Origin: an uncultured Chlorobiaceae bacterium | GTDB lineage: Bacteria; Bacteroidota; Ignavibacteria; UBA10030; SZUA-254 | NCBI GenBank assembly: GCA_964354225.1 | Contig: CAYGZC010000028.1 | Location: forward strand, 4,536 to 68,535 | Reading direction: 5' to 3' | DNA length: 64,000 nucleotides | Part shown: in pieces, positions 10,313 to 19,391 of the stretch | How positions within the stretch are numbered: the stretch's first letter is position 1 | Layout: each line of letters begins with the position of its first letter | Made by a program: the position numbers and the translations under genes | The notes under the pieces: model-generated | The model's database searches: none | What the model was told of the DNA's origin: nothing | Seen by the model: the letters and a program-made list of their open reading frames with translations, nothing else

Positions 10313-11142
10313 TCGGGAATTTGCGAAATCATTGGAGCTATACAGTGCAAGAAATCTGGGAGCCACTTGCAACCCACGAACAAGCACCGCAGGATTTATT
10401 CTCTGATCTCTACAATGAAGTGGAAGATCATCTTGGCGTACATACTTCGCAAGCCCTGTTTGAAGAAATACGGAATGATTCTGTTATCGCACAGGCAAAA
10501 TTTTTGGCTATCAAAGGAACAGACTTTGCGAGCGAATTGGAGATCGCAGAGTTTCTTGAAGAAGCATACGAAGCGATAGAAGATTATGGAATACCCGGCT
10601 ACAGCGAAAGATTCAAATCTCTACTGCGAACGTTTACATCAAAATACAACTTACGTTACCGACTGGACGATCCGTTTGAATTACGCTTCCTATTAACCGG
10701 TTCATTTGCCAATCTGTATAATGATCTGAGAAGAATTAATGCAACAAGTCCTACGCTTCTTGGCCTGATGTCTGATTTTGAGTATGCTTTTAATCAATAC
10801 TCGAGAACACTCACTCAGGCGGATTTGAAGACATGCATTGCAAAGGCAAGTAATTATGCGGAAGGTCTCGCTTCTTTTACAAACGGGAATCCCGTTGCGG
10901 GAAACACGCTAGGTGCTCTTTGCAATCAGTTGAACACTTGGCCCCATGATAAAGTGAAGGAATCTATCGTCAACCTATATCACTTTTGTTCAGGTTATCC
11001 GGGAATACGACATGGTGGTTCACCAATTGGTGTTCGAAGAGGGCTAAATAATGAAGATCCAATACTCGTTTCAATTCTCCTCTTTGCATTCTCAGGATAC
11101 CTGACAACGAATTTAAATAAGCAAGAAGTGCTCGGTGCGTGA
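10309..11142 (+). CDS. Hypothetical protein translationally coupled to hsdS (no family recognised)
   Basis: 277-aa ORF whose ATG overlaps the hsdS stop (ATGA). It looks soluble and acidic/helical, with a C-terminal GYPGIRHGGSPIGVRRG segment. I recognise no motif. Confidence 0.6.
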   Translation: MIGNLRNHWSYTVQEIWEPLATHEQAPQDLFSDLYNEVEDHLGVHTSQALFEEIRNDSVIAQAKFLAIKGTDFASELEIAEFLEEAYEAIEDYGIPGYSERFKSLLRTFTSKYNLRYRLDDPFELRFLLTGSFANLYNDLRRINATSPTLLGLMSDFEYAFNQYSRTLTQADLKTCIAKASNYAEGLASFTNGNPVAGNTLGALCNQLNTWPHDKVKESIVNLYHFCSGYPGIRHGGSPIGVRRGLNNEDPILVSILLFAFSGYLTTNLNKQEVLGA

Positions 11143-11361
11143 GCGCCTATGATTATATGGTCGGTGACCGACTAATTTTTCATTAGAAAATATCCAACCG
11201 TCGTTACGATATTAAAATCAATCTTGAAACTTCACCCTACACCCAATTTTCTATTTTGAAAATCAAACCTTAAAATCTTTCCAATTTCCAACCTTTATCT
11301 CAAATATATTTTCTGTTTCTGCAAACCTCTTTTTTATCTTAAAATAATATTATATATTTAT

Positions 11362-11512
11362 CATACTCCGAGTCTGACTACCTAAATCAATGATATGGTA
11401 ACAGGCCAGTAAGTCGATATTGACTTCCCGTCTCGTCCCGAAAGCTTTCGGGATCGTGACGGGACGGGTGATAACCGAAAGTTTAGCACCTCCCGTGTTT
11501 GGAAAGGAGAGA
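11362..11512 (+). promoter_or_regulatory. Molybdenum cofactor (Moco) riboswitch-like aptamer in the moaA leader
   Basis: ACUCCGAG at the 5' side and GCACCUCCC...GGAAAGGAGAG at the 3' side match my recollection of the Moco RNA motif. An internal GC-rich hairpin (CCCGUC...GACGGG) is present. It lies about 200 nt upstream of moaA on the same strand. Confidence 0.7.
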
Positions 11513-11530
11513 AAACGATTTGATCGTTTG

Positions 11531-11587
11531 CTCATTGTCTCATTGACTCATTGAACCGATGGATCAATGACTCAATGATCAAATGAG
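11531..11587 (+). repeat. Long imperfect palindrome built from TCATTGA/TCAATGA words
   Basis: Arms 11531-11554 and 11564-11587 are complementary at 20 of 24 positions, with a 9-nt loop. It sits between the riboswitch aptamer and the leader terminator. Confidence 0.7.
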
Positions 11588-11603
11588 TCAATAAATCATT
11601 ATC

Positions 11604-11637
11604 CCCATCCTTTCCATAAGCGATGGGTTTTTTATTT
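11604..11637 (+). terminator. Leader terminator (probable riboswitch expression platform)
   Basis: CCCATC (11604-11609) pairs with GATGGG (11622-11627), followed by TTTTTTATTTT. The segment CCTTTCC (11609-11615) is complementary to the aptamer GGAAAGG (11501-11507). Confidence 0.65.
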
Positions 11638-11716
11638 TAAAAACAAAAGTCAAAATGAGAAATTAAATCTTATTGCTGTGTCTCTTTGGAAACATATTTT
11701 GTAATTGAATAAATAG

Positions 11717-12706
11717 ATGATGCCATTAATTGATTCTTTTAACAGAAAACACACATATCTCCGCATCTCAGTAACGGATCGTTGTAACCTGCGCTGCATT
11801 TACTGTATGCCTTCGCAGGGAATTGAGATGAAAAGCCGCGATAAGATGTTGACATTCGATGAGATAAAACGCGTCGCTGAAATCTTTGCTGCTTTAGGAA
11901 TCACAAAAATCCGATTAACCGGAGGCGAACCGCTTGTCAGAAAAGATTTACCGAGGTTAGTTGAAAGTATATCAAATATTCCAGGCATCGACACGATCAG
12001 CATGACAACTAACGGGGTTCTTTTAAAAAACTTTGCACCTCAATTAAAAGAATCAGGTCTTACTCATCTAAACGTCAGCTTAGATACTCTTCGCCTTTCT
12101 CGTTTTGTGCAAATCGCGTTGCGGCAAAATTATTATGATGTCATCGCTGGAATAAATGCTGCACTCGATGCAGGTTTTCAACCGCTCAAGTTGAATACCG
12201 TTATAATCGGCGGCGTCAATGACGATGAGCTTCATGATTTTGTGGAATTTGTTCGCGATAAACCGATCAATATCCGCTTCATAGAATACATGCCGTTCAA
12301 GTTCAATCAATGGAATCAAGGTAAACTTATTTCATTCCAACAAATGAAAGAAAAAATTGAAGAGCGCTATAACCTGATTCCTTTGGAGAAATCATTAAAT
12401 GAAAATTCTGTTTCTAAGGATTTCAAAATTCAGGGATTTGCTGGAAGTGTCAGTTTTATCACTTCAATGTCGGATCATTTTTGCGGAACATGCAATCGGA
12501 TTCGTCTTACCGCCGATGGTTCGATTAAATCTTGTCTCTTCCATCCCGCTGAAGTCAACTTAAAATCGGCGCTTCGAAGTAATTCATCCGACGATGTTAT
12601 TTCGGAAATGATTCAATCTGCAATTTCAGTTAAACCGTACGGACATCCAAAAGCCGAAGATCTCATAGCCATCGAAAATAGAAGTATGATACAAATCGGA
12701 GGATGA
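11717..12706 (+). CDS. moaA: GTP 3',8-cyclase (radical SAM Moco biosynthesis protein A)
   Basis: CNLRCIYC radical-SAM cluster motif, GGEPL, and C-terminal CGTCNRIRLTADG. Confidence 0.95.
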   Translation: MMPLIDSFNRKHTYLRISVTDRCNLRCIYCMPSQGIEMKSRDKMLTFDEIKRVAEIFAALGITKIRLTGGEPLVRKDLPRLVESISNIPGIDTISMTTNGVLLKNFAPQLKESGLTHLNVSLDTLRLSRFVQIALRQNYYDVIAGINAALDAGFQPLKLNTVIIGGVNDDELHDFVEFVRDKPINIRFIEYMPFKFNQWNQGKLISFQQMKEKIEERYNLIPLEKSLNENSVSKDFKIQGFAGSVSFITSMSDHFCGTCNRIRLTADGSIKSCLFHPAEVNLKSALRSNSSDDVISEMIQSAISVKPYGHPKAEDLIAIENRSMIQIGG

Positions 12707-12821
12707 TAACAATTCAAAGGGTAAAATTAAAAAGTAAAAGTTAAGAGCAAAATTATATTGACAAATTACCATCAACAACTGACAAGCGACTAATGACTAT
12801 TGACCAAAATAGAGGCGATTC

Positions 12822-13730
12822 ATGATAGATATTTCAAACAAAATTAAAACACTCCGCACGGCGATTGCTCAAGCTACTTTGAAACTATCGCCTTCGACAA
12901 TAGCGCTGATTCACCAGAACAAAATTCCGAAAGGGAATCCGCTCGAGGTAGCAAAAGTAGCCGCTATTCAGGCGGCAAAGCATACGAGCGATATAATTCC
13001 ATATTGCCATCCCTTGCCGATTGATTATGCAGGCATCGATTATGAATTCGGCGAAGATAAAATTACCGTAACAGCGACCGTGAAAACAATTTATAAAACT
13101 GGTGTTGAGATGGAAGCCCTCACTTCGGCTTCAGTTGCTGTATTAACACTTTATGATATGATGAAAATGTTGGATGACTCGATGGAAATTATCGGTGTAA
13201 AGCTGTTGGAGAAAACGGGAGGTAAATCGGATTTCAAAACCAAATATGATCGATCGCTGTGTGCCGCAGTGCTTGTAATGTCGGATTCGGTTGTGGCTGG
13301 AACAAAATCGGATTTATCCGGACAATTAATCGTCGAGCGATTAAAAAAGGAAGGCATTCAAGTTGTTGATTACAAAATCATACCGGATGATATTGATAAT
13401 ATTGTACAGACACTTATTCATTATGCCGATGAAGATAAATTGGATTTAGTTATTACGACAGGCGGAACCGGCTTCAGTTCGCGGGATTGCACACCTGAAG
13501 CAATGTTGAAAGTTATCGAGCGAGAAATCCCCGGAATTCCAGAGGCGTCGCGGGAATTTGGACAAGAACGAACCCCATACTCAATGCTCTCACGTGCTAA
13601 ATCTGGAATCAGAGGAAGAACACTGATTGTCAATCTTCCCGGCTCTAAGAAAGGTGTCGCAGATTCTCTAAACGCACTATTCCCCGGATTGTTGCACTCA
13701 TTTAAAATGATATGGGGTGGGGGACATTGA
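12822..13730 (+). CDS. moaC: Bifunctional MoaC (cyclic pyranopterin monophosphate synthase) / MogA-MoaB-type domain protein
   Basis: The N-terminal half has MoaC motifs (IPYCHPLP, GVEMEALTSASVAVLTLYDM). The C-terminal half is a MoCF_biosynth-like domain (AAVLVMSDS...ITTGGTGFSSRD...NLPGS). Confidence 0.85.
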   Translation: MIDISNKIKTLRTAIAQATLKLSPSTIALIHQNKIPKGNPLEVAKVAAIQAAKHTSDIIPYCHPLPIDYAGIDYEFGEDKITVTATVKTIYKTGVEMEALTSASVAVLTLYDMMKMLDDSMEIIGVKLLEKTGGKSDFKTKYDRSLCAAVLVMSDSVVAGTKSDLSGQLIVERLKKEGIQVVDYKIIPDDIDNIVQTLIHYADEDKLDLVITTGGTGFSSRDCTPEAMLKVIEREIPGIPEASREFGQERTPYSMLSRAKSGIRGRTLIVNLPGSKKGVADSLNALFPGLLHSFKMIWGGGH

Positions 13731-13846
13731 TAGATTTCGGATTGTGGATTTTAGATTTGCGATTTTCAATTTGTTCACAATGAAAATCAAGTCAGTTAAA
13801 CGCAAAAAAATAAGCTCCGTTAGGAGCGACACAAGAAAAGAATAAA

Positions 13847-15058
13847 ATGATAGACTTTGAAGAAGCGGTAACAAAAATTTTAGACCACACACATCACCTG
13901 CCAACCACATCGCTCAGGTTAGCGAAATCGATTGGATATGTTCTTGCTGAGACGATAAAAGCCAAAGAATCAATTCCACGATTTGATTCATCTGCGGTAG
14001 ATGGATATGCAGTTAGATCCGAGGATTTACAAAAAGTATCCAATAAAAATCCAAAACTGCTTCCAATTATCGGAACAGTTAAAGCTGGTGATATCGTGAT
14101 TCCAATATTGCGAAAGGGTTTTGCGATTAAAATATTTACCGGGACTTGCGTTCCGCAAAACGCAAACGCAATCGTGATGCAAGAATATGCAGAAGAAAAA
14201 AATCACGCGGTTTCAATATTAAGAAAAGTTGAAAAAGGTGAGAACATCCGGCGACGAGGCAAGGAATTTAAAAAAGGCGAGATTGTTATTGAACGCGGAA
14301 ATTTAATCACACCGCCCGTTGTTGGTATGCTTGCATCTATGGGATATTCAAAGGTGCGTGTTTATAAAAAACCAAATATCGGATTGATTGTTACAGGAAA
14401 TGAACTTCGATCACTGGGAGTAAAATTACAAAACGGAGAGATATATGATTCAAACTCATTTGCCCTCACCGCAGTGTTACACTCGCTTGGTATCAATCCA
14501 GTAATTGAGAGACGAACAAAAGATAATAAGCGATCGATTAAGACAGCTCTCGAAGAAGCGATTAAACTTTCCGATGTTGTCATATCGGTCGGCGGTGTTT
14601 CTGTTGGTGAGTATGATTTTGTTAAAGAAATTTTCACGGAACTTGGTGTAAAGAAAATATTCTGGAAAGTAGCTGTAAAACCGGGAAAACCAAATTATTT
14701 TGGTACACTCGGAAGAAAATTAATCTTTGGTTTACCTGGCAACCCTGTTGCAGCGTTGGTTTCGTTTTATCAATTGGTAATACCTGCAATCCATAAGTTA
14801 ATCGGGCGCAATCATAAAGAAGTGTTTATGCCTGTTGTGCAACTTTCAGCCGATCTAAAGAAAAAACATGGACGTTTAGAGTTTGTTCGCGGTGTTATTT
14901 CTACCAATCGGCTTGGTGAATTGATTGTATCACCAACGAAAGGACAGGGCTCACACATGCTTAGCGGAATAGCAAAAGCAAATTGTCTGATTCATTTTCC
15001 CAAGCAGGAGGATTTTATACGTAAAGGTTCAAACGTAAAAGTGGAATTGTTGAGGTGA
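13847..15058 (+). CDS. moeA: Molybdopterin molybdotransferase
   Basis: 403 aa with MoeA architecture: SAVDGYAV, GGVSVGEYDF, GLPGNPVAALVSF. Confidence 0.9.
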   Translation: MIDFEEAVTKILDHTHHLPTTSLRLAKSIGYVLAETIKAKESIPRFDSSAVDGYAVRSEDLQKVSNKNPKLLPIIGTVKAGDIVIPILRKGFAIKIFTGTCVPQNANAIVMQEYAEEKNHAVSILRKVEKGENIRRRGKEFKKGEIVIERGNLITPPVVGMLASMGYSKVRVYKKPNIGLIVTGNELRSLGVKLQNGEIYDSNSFALTAVLHSLGINPVIERRTKDNKRSIKTALEEAIKLSDVVISVGGVSVGEYDFVKEIFTELGVKKIFWKVAVKPGKPNYFGTLGRKLIFGLPGNPVAALVSFYQLVIPAIHKLIGRNHKEVFMPVVQLSADLKKKHGRLEFVRGVISTNRLGELIVSPTKGQGSHMLSGIAKANCLIHFPKQEDFIRKGSNVKVELLR

Positions 15059-15147
15059 GATATTTAGTATTGAAAAGATTAGAATGATGAAATAATTCAT
15101 CACGATGACGATAGATCATAAAGCAAACAACAAAGAACAGAGAACAA

Positions 15148-15630
15148 TTGACCAATGACGAAGTAAAAGGCAAAATAGTAGCCATTAACATCAGCAAGAA
15201 AAAGGGGATACCCAAAACAAATGTTCAGCAAGCGACGTTGATTGAAAATTATGGTATAGAAGGAGATACTCATGCAGGCAACTGGCACCGGCAGATAAGT
15301 TTACTCGGAATAGAAAGTATCAAGAAGATGCGAGAAGAAGGATTGAATGTCCGTCCCGGTGCTTTTGCAGAAAACATAACTACCGAATTTCTTAATCTAC
15401 CCAAACTTAACATTGGTGATAAAATAACTATAGGAGACTCAGTTTTGGAAATAACTCAAATTGGTAAAGAGTGTCACACTAAATGTGCAATTTATTATCA
15501 GGCAGGCGATTGTGTGATGCCGAGGGAGGGAATCTTTGCCCGAGTATTAAAAGGTGGAATTATTAAAGTTGATGATGATCTAAAAATTATTACAGAAAGA
15601 GAATCCATCTCAGCAGGAGTATCGGACTAA
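15148..15630 (+). CDS. MOSC domain-containing protein
   Basis: 160 aa with GDTHAGNWHRQISLL, which resembles small MOSC proteins. The track start is a TTG. Sits within the Moco operon. Confidence 0.75.
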   Translation: MTNDEVKGKIVAINISKKKGIPKTNVQQATLIENYGIEGDTHAGNWHRQISLLGIESIKKMREEGLNVRPGAFAENITTEFLNLPKLNIGDKITIGDSVLEITQIGKECHTKCAIYYQAGDCVMPREGIFARVLKGGIIKVDDDLKIITERESISAGVSD

Positions 15631-15637
15631 TGGATTT

Positions 15638-16231
15638 ATGGAATTAAGAGATGATATTGTCGGTGTTATTCTTGCCGGCGGAAAAAGTTCAAGAATGGGA
15701 ACAGATAAAGCATTGCTGGAGTTCAAAGGAAAACCTTTAATCCAACATATCGCTGAAACATTGAAGTCCGTCTTCAATCATGTTATTATAATTTCTGATT
15801 ACAAAGAACAATATAAATTTCTTAGCTTACCTATATATGACGACATTTATAAAAATTGCGGACCGCTGGGAGGGATCCACTCAGCTTTTGTAAATTCAAA
15901 AAATGAAAATATCTTCATCGCATCATGCGATTTACCATTCATAAATTCTCTTGCAATTCATTATCTCCTTGATCATCATTCTCAGAGTGAGGCAACGATG
16001 TTCTCGATTAATCAACGAACTCAACCCTTGTTCGGTTTGTATAATCGATCATGTTTTTTGAAGCTAGAAAATCATCTAAAACAAAAACAGTATTCTGTTC
16101 TGCAATTCTTAAATAATATCCCCACGAATGTTATCCAGTTAAAATCTTCTCTCGCAATTGCCTTTTCAGGGAATTTAAAAAACATAAACACCCCTGCAGA
16201 TTACCGAGCGATTGCTATAAAAATAACATAA
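15638..16231 (+). CDS. mobA: Molybdenum cofactor guanylyltransferase
   Basis: N-terminal GVILAGGKSSRMGTDKALL nucleotidyltransferase motif. 197 aa, in the Moco operon. Confidence 0.85.
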   Translation: MELRDDIVGVILAGGKSSRMGTDKALLEFKGKPLIQHIAETLKSVFNHVIIISDYKEQYKFLSLPIYDDIYKNCGPLGGIHSAFVNSKNENIFIASCDLPFINSLAIHYLLDHHSQSEATMFSINQRTQPLFGLYNRSCFLKLENHLKQKQYSVLQFLNNIPTNVIQLKSSLAIAFSGNLKNINTPADYRAIAIKIT

Positions 16232-16350
16232 GTGTTTTACACCCCCCAAAAAGTCCACGAAATAGCTTGTTTTCGGGGTATGTGTGATATAACCCAGCAT
16301 GTTATTAAAGATTTTTGTATCTTTAATAACGAAATTTGGATTGTAGCAAA

Positions 16351-17862
16351 ATGAGGGTTATCGTAGAAAAATTATTTCCATCTTTAGGTAAAAAAATTGC
16401 CTTTGCAGTTGTTCTCGTCTTTCTGATAGCCGGGGGTGCATTCGTGTATTTTGCGCATCAGACAGGATATACAATGCTTCAAAAACAAACACGAGCCAAA
16501 GCTCATGGGGTTGCCGAATTTGGAAAGGCGATCTTAGAGCATATCATGTTAGGCGGTCGGAATGACCATTTGCAATCTGCACTCAAAAGAGCGGTGGCAT
16601 CGGGACAAGCAAAAGATTTTCTAATTCTAACTGATGATGGTACGATCGTATTAAAAGCAGACAGCAATCAATACATTGATAGATTGCCAATAGAGAAATT
16701 TGTTGAATTACCTCAATTCCCCGGAGATCGTTTTCTTTCATTAAAACAAAATGACTCGTTATACGAATTTATCGTAACGCCGATTCAAAAGAAATCTGAA
16801 TGCTATAGCTGCCACCCTGAAAAAGAAACGACGAAGGGATTCCTCGCTGTCAATATCTCTATGGATGATGTTCGAGCGGCCTCATTGGAACACCGGACAA
16901 TAAATCTGGTGATGACAGTTGTTACTTTTTCGGGCTTAGGAATTATCTTGTACCTTGCGTTGATGTTCCTTGTAATTCGCCCGGTGAAAAAACTAAATAG
17001 GCAGATGATTGATGTGGAAGAACAAATCGAAAAATATGAAGAAGGAAAACAGGTACAATTTTCAGAACTTGAACTGCCACACTCGAAAGACGAGATTGCA
17101 GGATTGCTGGCCGCGTTCAACAAACTCATCAAGCGATTAAATAAAACTCATAATAAATTACACGAAATGCACCAATCTCAGCTTGAGCATGCGGATCGCT
17201 TGGCAACAACCGGTGAGATGGCGGCAAGCATTGCTCACGAGATCAAAAATCCAATAGCTGGTGTGCTTGGAGCACTACAAGTTTTCGATAGTGAAACTCC
17301 GCATCACGATGAACGGAAAATAATCCTTGCCGAAATGATGATTCAATTACAGCGTGTCAACAATACCGTCAATGATCTTCTGAATTATGCAAGACCCACC
17401 CCGCCTGTTTTTGGGGAAGTTTATATTAACGAGTTAATCGAAAAAACGCTTTCTTTGATATCGCAGCAAATCAAGAACGAACACATCGTTATTAAAAAAG
17501 AGTTGATGGCTGAACGTGTAAGCATCATAGCCGATGGGAAACAATTACAGCAAGTTTTATGGAATATCCTGCTTAATGCAATTCAGGCGATGGATGGAAA
17601 GGGCGCACTTTCAGTTACATCATATCAAAAAGATTCATCTGTGATAATTTTAATTGAAGATACAGGCAAAGGCATTCTTCCCGAGAATCTTGAAAGCATT
17701 TTCAAACCATTCTTCACAACCAAACATAAAGGGACCGGACTTGGAATGACAATATCGAAGCGTATAATTACACAACATAAAGGGACTATAATCATTGATA
17801 GTGAGCCCGGAAAGGGAACTATCGCAACAATAATGTTACCACCACAACAAAATCACAGATGA
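16351..17862 (+). CDS. Sensor histidine kinase with a CxxCH motif in the periplasmic sensor domain
   Basis: Two TM helices flank a ~150-aa periplasmic domain that contains CYSCH (16801-16815). H-box ASIAHEIKNPIAG, N-box NILLNAIQAM, G-boxes EDTGKGI and GTGLGM. I preferred the ATG at 16351 over the TTG at 16336. Confidence 0.85.
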   Translation: MRVIVEKLFPSLGKKIAFAVVLVFLIAGGAFVYFAHQTGYTMLQKQTRAKAHGVAEFGKAILEHIMLGGRNDHLQSALKRAVASGQAKDFLILTDDGTIVLKADSNQYIDRLPIEKFVELPQFPGDRFLSLKQNDSLYEFIVTPIQKKSECYSCHPEKETTKGFLAVNISMDDVRAASLEHRTINLVMTVVTFSGLGIILYLALMFLVIRPVKKLNRQMIDVEEQIEKYEEGKQVQFSELELPHSKDEIAGLLAAFNKLIKRLNKTHNKLHEMHQSQLEHADRLATTGEMAASIAHEIKNPIAGVLGALQVFDSETPHHDERKIILAEMMIQLQRVNNTVNDLLNYARPTPPVFGEVYINELIEKTLSLISQQIKNEHIVIKKELMAERVSIIADGKQLQQVLWNILLNAIQAMDGKGALSVTSYQKDSSVIILIEDTGKGILPENLESIFKPFFTTKHKGTGLGMTISKRIITQHKGTIIIDSEPGKGTIATIMLPPQQNHR

Positions 17863-17868
17863 GTTTAT

Positions 17869-19239
17869 ATGCGGGGTGAAACAATCTTAATAGTCGATGA
17901 TGAAAAGTTAATCCGATGGACGCTACTCCAGGAACTTTCTAAAAATGGTTTTAGAATTCTTGAAGCAATTAACATTAAAACGGCGTTTGGCATTATCAAT
18001 GAAAACGAACCAGACCTAATTATTCTCGATCAAATGCTGCCCGATGGAACGGGTATCGATCTTCTTGAGAAGATGAAAGGCGGTGAGAGCATGCTGCCCG
18101 TGATTATGTTAACCGCGGTAGACCGCTCGAATATTGCTGTACAAGCGATGAAGCTCGGGGCTTTCGATTATGTTACAAAACCGGTAAATATTGAAGAACT
18201 CAAAATTGTTATTGAGAAGGCCCTCGAAACTACAAAGTTAAAAAGACAAGTTGCAAGTTTTTTAAAACAGCAAGAAACAAAGTGCGGTTTGTATGGACTT
18301 CTCGGTTCATCACCTCCTATGAAGAAGGTTTGCGAACAAATCAGGAAGGTTGCCCAAAGCAGCGGAACCACAGTATTGATAACTGGGGAGACTGGTACGG
18401 GGAAGGAGTTAGCTGCAAAGGCAATACACTTTCTAAGTGAGCGGCGAGATAAACCGTTAATTCCGGTAAACTTCTCGGCATTGACAGAAACAATTGTTGA
18501 AAGTGAATTATTCGGACATGAGAAAGGTGCATTCACAGATGCGAGAAGTCAAAGAAAGGGTATCTTTGAAATCGCAGATGGTGGAACCATCTTTCTTGAT
18601 GAGATAGGTGACACCTCTCCAAAAATTCAAGTGCGGTTACTCCGCGTGCTTGAACAAAAAACTTTTCAGCGAGTTGGTGGCACGGCAGAAATAACTGTCG
18701 ATATTCGTATCTTTGCGGCAACCAATCAGCCAATTGAAAAATTAGTAAAAGAAGCAAAATTTCGTTCAGATCTTTATTACCGGCTCAATGTTGCAAATAT
18801 ACATATGCCTCCACTCAGAGAGCGCGAGGATGACATTATCTTGTTGGCGGAATTTTTCTTGCATGAGTTTAATGCAACTTTCCATAAAAATTTTAAAGGT
18901 TTATCGGAGGATACTAAAAAACTATTCCTTAGTTATCACTGGCCCGGGAATGTACGAGAGCTACGCAATGTTGTAGAAAGAGCTGTCTTAATGGATGAAG
19001 GTGACTATATCTTTTCACATCAGGTCGAGCTGGGCCATCTTCATCATTTAAATCATGAATCACATTCTCCAAGACTGACGCATAATAATGATAACATTTC
19101 TCTCGGTGATGTTGAAAAAGACACAATTATTAGGGCACTTGAAAAAACGAATTATAATCAATCCCAAGCTGCAAAATTACTCAAGATAAGTCGCGATACA
19201 CTCCGTTATCGGATGAAAAAACATAACCTGCTCACTTAG
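17869..19239 (+). CDS. Sigma54-dependent response regulator (NtrC family bacterial enhancer-binding protein)
   Basis: REC domain (ILIVDDE...LDQMLPDG), AAA+ domain with Walker A GETGTGKE and GAFTDA loop, and a C-terminal Fis-type HTH (QSQAAKLLKISRDTLRYRMKK). Confidence 0.9.
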   Translation: MRGETILIVDDEKLIRWTLLQELSKNGFRILEAINIKTAFGIINENEPDLIILDQMLPDGTGIDLLEKMKGGESMLPVIMLTAVDRSNIAVQAMKLGAFDYVTKPVNIEELKIVIEKALETTKLKRQVASFLKQQETKCGLYGLLGSSPPMKKVCEQIRKVAQSSGTTVLITGETGTGKELAAKAIHFLSERRDKPLIPVNFSALTETIVESELFGHEKGAFTDARSQRKGIFEIADGGTIFLDEIGDTSPKIQVRLLRVLEQKTFQRVGGTAEITVDIRIFAATNQPIEKLVKEAKFRSDLYYRLNVANIHMPPLREREDDIILLAEFFLHEFNATFHKNFKGLSEDTKKLFLSYHWPGNVRELRNVVERAVLMDEGDYIFSHQVELGHLHHLNHESHSPRLTHNNDNISLGDVEKDTIIRALEKTNYNQSQAAKLLKISRDTLRYRMKKHNLLT

Positions 19240-19347
19240 AGAAGGTCCAACATGTTCATCTTGCGCTAAATAACGCACCGAATAATCGCTTCCTATTTAT
19301 TATCCCGCAAAATTATTTCCTTTCTTAAAGAGATGACATATTCATTA

Positions 19348-19363
19348 TGGCATAGACTTTGCA
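19348..19363 (+). promoter_or_regulatory. Sigma54-type -24/-12 promoter upstream of the single-domain response regulator
   Basis: TGGCAT-AGACT-TTGCA, one mismatch to TGGCAC-N5-TTGCW. It lies about 30 nt upstream of the ATG at 19392. Confidence 0.6.
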
Positions 19364-19391
19364 ATTTCACAGGTGAATATCTAAGAAACAG

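Noticed and set aside
5098-11364. AT-rich similar strings at both edges of the R-M block as att-like direct repeats
   Set aside because: The matches (AATAATATAATATTT versus AATAATATTATATATTT) are low-complexity AT runs. They are not distinguishable from chance by eye.
11350-11535. 61-aa minus-strand ORF in the moaA leader
   Set aside because: It coincides with the riboswitch-like structured RNA. It has no ribosome-binding context and no motif.
16297-16350. A fourth sigma54 promoter in front of the sensor kinase
   Set aside because: The only GG...GC candidate (TGGATTGTAGCA) has the wrong spacing. Only the TGTGTGATATAACCCA motif is shared with the other promoters.
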